This document shows positions 18,991 through 26,724 of a DNA stretch of 47,889 bases, in pieces. Location of the stretch: NCBI GenBank assembly GCA_040400605.1, contig JBBAPZ010000008.1, forward strand, positions 1 to 47,889. The letters are read 5' to 3'. A program made the translations under genes and the position numbers. Each line of letters starts with the position of its first letter. Position 1 is the stretch's first letter. The DNA is from Candidatus Sericytochromatia bacterium. Its GTDB lineage: Bacteria; Cyanobacteriota; Sericytochromatia; S15B-MN24; JAQBPE01. A model generated the notes under the pieces. The model was not told the DNA's origin and did no database searches. It saw only the letters and a list, made by a program, of their open reading frames with translations.

Positions 18991-21561
18991 GTGAAAACCT
19001 TGCTGGTGGTGCCCCATACCCACTGGGATCGTGAGTGGTATCGTCCTTTTGAATCGTACCGTGTGCGCCTCGTTCGCACCATTACGAGGGTTCTTGAGGG
19101 CGACCTCCCCTATTTTTTGCTGGATGGGCAGACCGTGGCTGTCGATGACTTCCTGGCGATACATCCGGAGATGCGTGACCAGTTGATGGCACGTGTCAGA
19201 CAGGGACGTTTGGGGATAGGGCCTTGGTATGTATTGGTAGATGAATTTTTGGTGAGTCAAGAAGCCCTGGTAAGAAATTTGCTGGTGGGTGCGTCGGCCA
19301 TGGCCCAGTTAGGGGCGCGTGGCGGGGTGGGCTATCTGCCTGACATGTTCGGCCACATTGCGCAGATGCCGCAAATCCTGCGGGGATTTGGGATAGACAA
19401 TGCGATGTTATGGCGAGGGGCTCATCCGGAAGCGGTGTCGTTTAACTGGCGTGGTCCGGATGGGTCGACCGTACGGGTCGCCCACTTGCCGAAGGGTTAT
19501 TACCAGACGATGTTCATGGCAGGTACGAGCCGGACAGCCCGAGACGAGGCATTGAAAGACTATCTGACGCCGTTTGAAGGGGCACCTTTGGCGTGGTTGT
19601 TGAGTGGCGCGGATCACATGGCACCGCAAATGGACCTTTGCGAGCAGTTAACATCCGTTTCGGATGTGGCCCCGGGTTGGCAAGCCCGCGTGGGCAACTT
19701 GAACGACGTGTTCGACACACTCACGCCTGAAACGGTCCTGAACGGTGAATTGCGGGATCCGCGCTCTGCCTACATACTGCCCGGGGTGCTATCGACACGG
19801 ATTCCTCTCAAACAGGCAAACGCCCGGTGCCAAACCTTGCTTGAGCGCTACGTTGAGCCACTGTGCGCCCTTTCGTGGTGGTTTGAGCCGGCATCGAACC
19901 ATTCGGAAGCACTCTTGCGTCACGCGTGGAAGACCCTAATGAAGAACCATCCCCATGATTCCATTTGCGGATGTTCCATCGATCAAGTCCATCGTGAGAT
20001 GTGGCCGCGCTTCGACGCGGTGGAGCAAATCAGCCGCGAATTGATTGGAGAAGCAGTGGGCACTCCAGAGGCACCCATCGCCGAGGCGACGCTGTACGCC
20101 TTCAATCCCACCAATTGGCCCTACGCCGGCTGGTTGCGTTGTGAGGTGGATTGGCCGCTCGTCAATCAGGCCGCCCCTGAGGCGATCGCCCTTTTTGACG
20201 CCGACAACCGACCGATTCCAACGGAAATGCTCTCAGCAGTGGACACCGAGGTTTTTTCTGCGGGAATCGATCTCAATCCGGACTGGCACCCGGTGCGACG
20301 CTACGCTCTGCGAGCATTCGTCACCCTCCCGCCCTGCGGCGGAACCCAGCTGGTGGTGCGCGCAGGCGGTTCGACGAAAAAACCACCCCCACACTTGCCG
20401 GCACCCAATCTTGAACTGACCCAAGGTGCCTTGCGCCTGAGTGTCAAGGATGGGCAGGTTGTCCTGAGCGATGACGCGTCAGGCGCCGTGTTTCCGCAGT
20501 GCCTGAACTTTGTCGATGAAGCTGATGCGGGTGATTCCTACAACTTCTCGCCCTTGGAGCAAGACACCCCGTGCTGGGCCGTGCTGGATTCGGCGCAGTT
20601 ATGTCAAACGGACGACGGCGCATCGGTTCTGCGAGTGACCCATCGATTGGAACTGGCCCAAGGTCTTGACCCGACGCGTACACAGCGCGACGTTGGCGAT
20701 CGCCAGCCGTTTTGGATTCACTCCGAGTGGCGTATGCTGGATGCAGCTGGTGGTGTCGCCGTTGATATTCACTTTGATAATACGGTTCGGGATCACCGGC
20801 TGCGGGCCGTGTTCGGATTTGGCCAAACCGAAGGGGTGCGGGTTCTGGCAGATTCCGCGTTTGGTGTTTTTGAACGGAAGTGCCATGCAGCCACGGAGTT
20901 GCCCGTCGCCAAAGGCATTGAGGCAGTCATGCCTGAGTTCCCTGTATCAAGTTTCACCGTCCTGCAGGGCAGTGGCCATCACCTGTGTATCGTTGGGGAA
21001 GGCTTGCATGAAGCATCATTTGGCGAGGCAAAAGCAGATGCGTTGGCTGTGACCATTCTGCGGGGAATTGGCTGGTTATCCCGAGATGATCTCCGCACGC
21101 GCGGAGGCGGTGCCGGTCCCCGTTTCGAGACCCCGGAAGCACAGTGTCTTGGAACGCAGCACAGGCGTTTTGCGCTACTTACAGGAAGCGGTACGTGGGA
21201 AGGTTCCTTGCCATCGATCCATCAGTTTTTGGCGCCACCGACGATTCTTGCTTGCAGTGGAAAGCTTTTCAGCGGCAGTGCGGCAAGCGTTTTGGACCCA
21301 CGCATCGTGCTTGGTGCGCTCAAGTGCGCAGAGTCAGGTGAGGGGTTGATTGTACGGCTCTACAACCCCACCTGTGCGGTCATTGACACGCATTTCTCGA
21401 CGAAATTGACTCACGGCGGCATTGCGCGAGTCAATCTGGCGGAAACGGTGCAAGATGGACCAAGCTTCGCTGCCGGCGATCCCCTGAGGTTTAAACCCTA
21501 TGAAATCATCACGCTGTTGTTGCGCCATCAGCCTGAGCGAACTGGCGCACGAGAAGTTTGA
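18991..21561 (+). CDS. Glycoside hydrolase family 38 alpha-mannosidase (MngB/mannosylglycerate hydrolase-like)
   Basis: VPHTHWDREWY, FLLDGQ, GPWYVLVDEFL, GYLPDMFGH..QMPQIL, GADH, HPHDSICGCSID, D.GDSYNFSP, DHRLR, GWLSRDDL.TRGG.AGP. Confidence 0.94.
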   Translation: MKTLLVVPHTHWDREWYRPFESYRVRLVRTITRVLEGDLPYFLLDGQTVAVDDFLAIHPEMRDQLMARVRQGRLGIGPWYVLVDEFLVSQEALVRNLLVGASAMAQLGARGGVGYLPDMFGHIAQMPQILRGFGIDNAMLWRGAHPEAVSFNWRGPDGSTVRVAHLPKGYYQTMFMAGTSRTARDEALKDYLTPFEGAPLAWLLSGADHMAPQMDLCEQLTSVSDVAPGWQARVGNLNDVFDTLTPETVLNGELRDPRSAYILPGVLSTRIPLKQANARCQTLLERYVEPLCALSWWFEPASNHSEALLRHAWKTLMKNHPHDSICGCSIDQVHREMWPRFDAVEQISRELIGEAVGTPEAPIAEATLYAFNPTNWPYAGWLRCEVDWPLVNQAAPEAIALFDADNRPIPTEMLSAVDTEVFSAGIDLNPDWHPVRRYALRAFVTLPPCGGTQLVVRAGGSTKKPPPHLPAPNLELTQGALRLSVKDGQVVLSDDASGAVFPQCLNFVDEADAGDSYNFSPLEQDTPCWAVLDSAQLCQTDDGASVLRVTHRLELAQGLDPTRTQRDVGDRQPFWIHSEWRMLDAAGGVAVDIHFDNTVRDHRLRAVFGFGQTEGVRVLADSAFGVFERKCHAATELPVAKGIEAVMPEFPVSSFTVLQGSGHHLCIVGEGLHEASFGEAKADALAVTILRGIGWLSRDDLRTRGGGAGPRFETPEAQCLGTQHRRFALLTGSGTWEGSLPSIHQFLAPPTILACSGKLFSGSAASVLDPRIVLGALKCAESGEGLIVRLYNPTCAVIDTHFSTKLTHGGIARVNLAETVQDGPSFAAGDPLRFKPYEIITLLLRHQPERTGAREV

Positions 21562-22421
21562 GCCGATGGTGACTCGAACCGTGGCATGACCGGAAAGCGA
21601 AACACCGATGCCCTGGGCTTTGGAGACTGAAACAGTTCAGGGGGCGTGCTGCCGGGCGTCAACGTTTCGAGTGGCTGCGGGCGCACCGATGGCAAAATCC
21701 CGCCTGGTTGGCCATCCGGACCACCCACCGGTGCGGTAACGCCGGGACGGGCGGATTCACCAGGTGTCGCGGTTGCTGAAGGACGCGGTGTGGGGGGCGG
21801 GGGAATATCGCTTTCTTCCAGATTCAGGCGCTCCCGCAAGGCATCATTGTAAGCTGTGACCCGAGGTTTGATGGCAATGTCTTCCAGTCGGTTGGGATGA
21901 TGCAAATCCAGGACTTCAGTAACCCACAAACTTAAAAGATAGACGCCCCAAAGGGTTGCCACGGCGCCGGCACTGCTTGCAACAAATGCCAGCGGGTGGG
22001 CTGCATTGCTGGTGGCCAGACCGTCTTTGAACAACGCCAAGGCCCCTTCACCGCGAAAATTATCCAGAAACAAAGCACTGCCCAAAGGGATACCCACAGC
22101 CGCTGAACCGAGCCAGCGTGCAAAGTCAAAGGCGCGTTCGCGCTCGAAGTCGGCTCGTAGGCTTGGTTCGTCAAACAGGGTGACAAAGTCGATGTCATAA
22201 ATGCGATCCGGCCCCTGCCTGAGCACACGCTGTTTGTCTGAATCTGTTTCGACAATCAGGCGCAAAGCCTGGTACTGATCGATGCGTCGCTGTTTGTTGC
22301 CCAGCCCCGCATCTTCTTGCGCCTGGATTGACAAAGGCGCCAGAAGCAGCGTGACAACCAGAAAGCCGTTTAAAATGCGCAAAGAGGCCTCCCGCAATCC
22401 CTTTACAACGATTTTTACCAT
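21528..22421 (-). CDS. Hypothetical exported/membrane protein with a Pro-rich C-terminal tail
   Basis: Signal-like N-terminus (LLAPLSIQA), two hydrophobic segments, YNDALRERL and a PPPPTPRP... low-complexity tail. Confidence 0.65.
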   Translation of the reverse strand: MVKIVVKGLREASLRILNGFLVVTLLLAPLSIQAQEDAGLGNKQRRIDQYQALRLIVETDSDKQRVLRQGPDRIYDIDFVTLFDEPSLRADFERERAFDFARWLGSAAVGIPLGSALFLDNFRGEGALALFKDGLATSNAAHPLAFVASSAGAVATLWGVYLLSLWVTEVLDLHHPNRLEDIAIKPRVTAYNDALRERLNLEESDIPPPPTPRPSATATPGESARPGVTAPVGGPDGQPGGILPSVRPQPLETLTPGSTPPELFQSPKPRASVFRFPVMPRFESPSAQTSRAPVRSG

Positions 22422-22577
22422 ACCACATCGTATTGCTCACGGGCTTGTCAAACCGGGTTTTTCCACGGGTAAATCCAGCAAGTGAGTGCGCACGCCCCCT
22501 TGTCAGCCTGTGTTCAGACATGAAACACTGACAAAGGGTGAATGGTAACGTTGCAGGATCTTGATGTGAGCGTGTGA

Positions 22578-23522
22578 TTGAAACGCATTGTTTGGTCGTT
22601 CTTGGTATTCTGGTTAATCTGGGGCCTCATTTGGCTAGCACTCAGTCACTGGCGTGATGACCAGGGAGCGCTGGTGCTGTGGTATACCGAACCGAGTTTT
22701 TCTTACCTCGTTCCGGTGAAGATGCCTGAAGCGCTGGCAACCGCGCAAACACCTCAAGCCAAGGCGTTGATGATCGTAAAGCTGCTTGGCGAGCACGTAC
22801 CGATTGGGCTTGGCTCGCCATTGGTCGGGGTGGAAGGCATTGAGGATATTGCATTCGCCGGGGGGACGGGGCGTTTTCGTTTGGTGCTCAAGCCCGGCAT
22901 CGGGAGTGCTGCGGAACGTCTGGCTGTCGGCGCGTTGGTGCGCACACTGAGTGGTGTGTTTGCGGATACAAGAGACTGGCAGGTGTCGCTGGGATCGCCT
23001 CAATCCCAAAGATTTGAGTCGCAGCACCTGGATTTGTCAAAGCCACTTCGAGCGGTTGACTTTGAGAATCAGGTGGATACCGGGCGCTCTGGAATCACTG
23101 CGCGCCTGTGGCTGCGGGTGCCCGGCGGTGCTTACCTGGTGCCTTGCCGAGTGGCGTTAAGCGGACAAAGCGGCACGCCGGGGCGAGATGCCTTGGCCAT
23201 GCTGGCGACGGCGAGCGCGTGGGCTCCTGAATCGTTGGGTACACCTTTGCCAGGCGGGATGCGAGTCACGTGGTCCGGTATGGCGTCAGGTGTTGTGACA
23301 TTGACGGTGGATACTGAATCAGCCGTCTCACCGGAGGCTCAAACGCTTGCCTTGGTGGCGCTGGTCAACAGTTTGTTGGGGATCCCAGGCATTGTGGCGG
23401 TCGATTTCAGGTTTGAATCGATGCCCGTTCCGGATGGCTTGCCGTTCGATTGCCGGGTTCCGGTAGGACGACCGTTGGAGTCGGCGGACGGGTACATTTT
23501 ATCCGGTGGGACGAGGCCATGA
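22578..23522 (+). CDS. Membrane-anchored protein with two GerMN-like domains
   Basis: N-terminal TM, YLVPV, GSAAERLAVGALVRTL, YLVPC, LALVALVNSLLGIPGIVAVDF. Confidence 0.75.
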   Translation: MKRIVWSFLVFWLIWGLIWLALSHWRDDQGALVLWYTEPSFSYLVPVKMPEALATAQTPQAKALMIVKLLGEHVPIGLGSPLVGVEGIEDIAFAGGTGRFRLVLKPGIGSAAERLAVGALVRTLSGVFADTRDWQVSLGSPQSQRFESQHLDLSKPLRAVDFENQVDTGRSGITARLWLRVPGGAYLVPCRVALSGQSGTPGRDALAMLATASAWAPESLGTPLPGGMRVTWSGMASGVVTLTVDTESAVSPEAQTLALVALVNSLLGIPGIVAVDFRFESMPVPDGLPFDCRVPVGRPLESADGYILSGGTRP

Positions 23523-24907
23523 TGACGGTTAACAGGGGTTGGGCGCTTGGCTTCGCGCTTGGTTTGATGGGTGTTTTTTGGCCGTTCCCCGCAACAGGCG
23601 GAACGCTCACGGGCATCGATGTGAATCCTCAAAGTGGTGCGCTGGTTTTAAGTGTCAGCGAAGCGGTGACCCCGCGTGTTGCCTATTTGTCACGGCCTGA
23701 GCGGATGGTTATCGATCTCCCGGACACAAAAGTTGGGGCAGTGGGCAAGATTGCAAGCGGCGTCACGTTTGCGGGTGTTCGGCGCATACGTTCTGCCCAA
23801 TACACTGCGCAGACAGCCCGTGTGGTGTTGGATCTGGATAGGCGGCAGCGTTTCGATTACGTCACGCTTGGAAACCGGGTGGAATTGCGGCCGGCAGCGG
23901 TCGCCAAATCAGTCGTGCAACCGGTCGCACCGGTCGTGTCCAAAGCGCGACGTCTGGCCGACCTGGCGCGAGCGCGTTGGCTCCTGAAACAGCGTCAAAC
24001 GTCATTCACTGTCGCTCAAGACGATGCTGAGCGCGTGTGGCGTTCGGTGCCAATGGCGCCCTTGACGCTCAAAGGGGTGCGTCAAGCGTGGCAATTGCGA
24101 TTGATGGCGACGGGTGATTACCGTCATGAGGTCATTCCGTTGAGCGATACGCGCATCAAGGTGCGCTTTCGAGGGGGGCGTATCGCGTTACCGCGTGATT
24201 CGGTTTACATTGACAACGGTTTGATCGCGCGGGTACGCCTGATGCAGTCGGGTCGCGACGAAGCCGAGTTGATGATCGATTTTGACAAACCGGTTGATGT
24301 TCAACACAGGCGTCTGCCCGATTCCCGCGCGTTGTTGCTGTCGATGAAGCGGATAGATCGGGACCGGGTGACGCTTGATCCAGGCCATGGGGGTGACGAC
24401 AATGGCGCTGTCGGTACGGCAGGAACCAGAGAGAAAGACGTCACTTTAGGCATTGCTGAGCGATTGTCCAAGGTCATGCAGCGTCACGGGATGTCGGTTC
24501 AAATGACGCGGATGCGCGATTTGGAAATTTTGCTGCGGCCACGAGTGGACATGGCCAATCGTGATGAGTCCGACGTGTTTGTGAGCATCCACGCCAATTC
24601 GATGGGACGGCATCACCAGATACGCGGCATCGAAACCTATTACTACAGTGATGAAAGTTATCCATTGGCGCGGGCGATTCATCAACAACTGGTGACACAG
24701 CTCAAACAACCGGACAGGGGTGTTCGAAAGAACAATTTTTACGTTGTGCACCACACCAAAATGCCGGCGGCCCTGGTTGAAATCGGTTATTTGTCCAATC
24801 CACAAGAAGAGGCGCTGATTCGTGATCCCGTTTATCAAGAACGTGCGGCACAGGCGATCTTTGACGGGGTGCAAGCGTTTCTTCGCGAACGCAGCCCAAA
24901 ACACTGA
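23519..24907 (+). CDS. N-acetylmuramoyl-L-alanine amidase (AMIN + Amidase_3, AmiC-like)
   Basis: Signal peptide, AMIN motif PERMVIDLP...RVVLDL, catalytic LDPGHGGDDNGA..EK, FVSIHANS, PAALVEIGYLSN. ATGA overlap with the GerMN gene. Confidence 0.93.
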   Translation: MMTVNRGWALGFALGLMGVFWPFPATGGTLTGIDVNPQSGALVLSVSEAVTPRVAYLSRPERMVIDLPDTKVGAVGKIASGVTFAGVRRIRSAQYTAQTARVVLDLDRRQRFDYVTLGNRVELRPAAVAKSVVQPVAPVVSKARRLADLARARWLLKQRQTSFTVAQDDAERVWRSVPMAPLTLKGVRQAWQLRLMATGDYRHEVIPLSDTRIKVRFRGGRIALPRDSVYIDNGLIARVRLMQSGRDEAELMIDFDKPVDVQHRRLPDSRALLLSMKRIDRDRVTLDPGHGGDDNGAVGTAGTREKDVTLGIAERLSKVMQRHGMSVQMTRMRDLEILLRPRVDMANRDESDVFVSIHANSMGRHHQIRGIETYYYSDESYPLARAIHQQLVTQLKQPDRGVRKNNFYVVHHTKMPAALVEIGYLSNPQEEALIRDPVYQERAAQAIFDGVQAFLRERSPKH

Positions 24908-24923
24908 AAAAAACTTTGCTTTG

Positions 24924-24941
24924 GCGCCAGCATACTGGCGC
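24924..24941. terminator. GC-rich hairpin between convergent genes (possible terminator)
   Basis: GCGCCAG-CATA-CTGGCGC. There is no directly adjacent U-tract. Confidence 0.3.
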
Positions 24942-25011
24942 GGAATTGGTAACACAATCAGTGTCATCGTGGGGGTTGTGACACGCAAACCATGAAAGCC
25001 TGAATGGGTAG

Positions 25012-25482
25012 TCAAAGCAGATGCCAGGTCATTTCGTGGGTTTGTGCACGAAATCCCTGTTGTTCATAAAGACTGAGTGCAGCGTGATTCCACGGTGCGA
25101 CAAAGAGTCGCAACCGATCGATCCCGGCGGCGCGTGCACGGGAGGCCGCGTGTTCAAGAAGAGAGCGGCCGATACCTTGGCGTTGATGGGTGCTTGCAAC
25201 GTCCAGGTTGATAATCAGCCAATCCGGTTTGTGGGTCACGCCATGCAGGGTTGGCTGGAGCCAAATGTGACCGATGGTGTTACAGGCACTGTCTCGCGCG
25301 ACCCAAACGATTTTGTCTTGACGCCTGTAATGATGGTCAAACAGTTCGTCGAGGCGCTCGCGCCTCGATACACGACCAAGCGAGGCGAGATCCGCGTATG
25401 AAGCATCCGCGACACGATGAAAGGCATCGCGTAGCATTGGGCGGTCGCGGGGCGTCACCTCATCAATGTTCCAGGCACACAT
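25012..25482 (-). CDS. GNAT family N-acetyltransferase
   Basis: LDVASTHQRQGIGRSLL (motif A), N.AALSLYEQQGF. GGAG SD. Confidence 0.9.
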   Translation of the reverse strand: MCAWNIDEVTPRDRPMLRDAFHRVADASYADLASLGRVSRRERLDELFDHHYRRQDKIVWVARDSACNTIGHIWLQPTLHGVTHKPDWLIINLDVASTHQRQGIGRSLLEHAASRARAAGIDRLRLFVAPWNHAALSLYEQQGFRAQTHEMTWHLL

Positions 25483-25568
25483 AGCGGATCTCCATTTTAC
25501 AAATCTTGTCGTTTAAAGCCGTCCTGGCGCGGTAAAAGAGGGTGTCGACATTCCACTGAGGGTGCCTG

Positions 25569-26426
25569 GTGATGCACATTGAACCCGATGTACACGACCG
25601 TTTTGTCGCTCACTTCGGTCTGAATATGCTTAATACCCTGACTTCCAGTAAGCATCACGAGCAGGTGCGGGAGCGGCGATTTTTTGCTTTCGATGAAAGG
25701 GGCGGCGTTCTCGGTGGGGTTGAAGGGCGCATTTGTGACTTTCAGCATTTAACGACAGGGGTTTTTCACGCCCGTCAACGACGCGTCGTCGGGGTACGCT
25801 ACCGCTGTGAACCGCATGGTCTGGACGTGCCGATTGTGGGTGCGTTTCATACGCATCCGGCACTGTTCGATCACGATAGCCGGAAAGTGCGGCGACGCAT
25901 TGAGCGCTTGTTGTGGTTGTCGGTGCCGGATCGTCGTGCGTTTTTACAACAACATCGCCTGTATGGCTACGAGTGGCATTTTGTTGGCTGCGTCGACATT
26001 GCCTGTTTTCACATCGGCGATGTGCAGGCGGGACGTCTTGAACCACGACATGTGCTGCCGTATCGGGATCTTGAGGGGTTGATCACACGCCTGGCCCCGA
26101 TCGTGGCACGTTGCGAAACACTCTTGCATGCCTCGATTGTGCAACCCGTGAGGCCACCGAGTGCGTGGCTTGGCAAAATCGTTGCGGCCTTGACCGAGGC
26201 AAATGAGAACCGTTCCCAAGCAAGCGACCACCGCCAGCACTTGGTTCTTGATGTGCTTGCGATGCAGGTCGGAACCGAATGTCACCTGCTTGGCCTACGC
26301 ACGGGACAGGTTAGAACGATGCTCTCAAGTTACATCAAACAAAACGCTGCACAGGCGGACAGTGACCGTTTCACGGAATTGGTCTGGCGCCACTTTCTCG
26401 CGTTGCGGGGAGAAACCACGCGCTGA
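25569..26426 (+). CDS. JAB/MPN+ (JAMM)-like metalloenzyme domain protein with a helical C-terminal extension
   Basis: E43 in ERGGVLGG, IVGAFHTHP (H94, H96), LSVPD (S118, D121) and a following WHFVG strand. Confidence 0.6.
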   Translation: MMHIEPDVHDRFVAHFGLNMLNTLTSSKHHEQVRERRFFAFDERGGVLGGVEGRICDFQHLTTGVFHARQRRVVGVRYRCEPHGLDVPIVGAFHTHPALFDHDSRKVRRRIERLLWLSVPDRRAFLQQHRLYGYEWHFVGCVDIACFHIGDVQAGRLEPRHVLPYRDLEGLITRLAPIVARCETLLHASIVQPVRPPSAWLGKIVAALTEANENRSQASDHRQHLVLDVLAMQVGTECHLLGLRTGQVRTMLSSYIKQNAAQADSDRFTELVWRHFLALRGETTR

Positions 26427-26440
26427 AGTGCATCCTTGAA

Positions 26441-26597
26441 TGGATGGCGAAGTTCCTGCAAGCTTCAAAAAGCCTGACCGGTAACAGACCATCGAGAGAC
26501 GAATCAGTCTGTGCTCAAAACCTCGGGTGGCAAACACAAAACGTGAAGACCTCACGTGCTGTCATTCAAGAACAGGCAGAACTTGGTCATCAATCCA
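26441..26597 (+). ncRNA. ssrS: 6S RNA candidate (cyanobacterial SsaA/SsrS type)
   Basis: Closing stem GATGGC/GTCATC plus AAGTTC/GAACTT (26443-26455 with 26579-26591). Internal GCCTG/CAGGC and ACAGAC/GTCTGT pairings. Blocks GCGAAGTT, AAAACCTCGG, GCTGTC and GAACAGGCAGAACT recall cyanobacterial 6S RNA. Ends are approximate. Confidence 0.7.
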
Positions 26598-26724
26598 CGC
26601 TTCCCTATCGTCTGAACAGTCAAATTGATGGTTCCCTGGTTCCACCCCCTGTGAACTTTCAACCACCGTCGGGTATACAGGAAGCAGATGCTGTATTGCC
26701 GCAAGGGAAGCCAAATCAGAGGGC

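Noticed and set aside
18865..19260. N-terminal extension of the 241-aa ORF in the track
   Set aside because: It overlaps the GH38 gene on the opposite strand. The SD and promoter support GTG 18864.
22427..22451. Perfect minus-strand TTGACA paired with TACGAT as a canonical promoter
   Set aside because: The spacer is only 13 bp, so the two hexamers do not form a standard sigma70 pair.
7746..25492. 13-bp match CATAGCGGATCTC at 7746-7758 and 25480-25492
   Set aside because: Many 13-mer matches are expected by chance in 48 kb. One copy includes a start codon and the other is out of frame with its gene.
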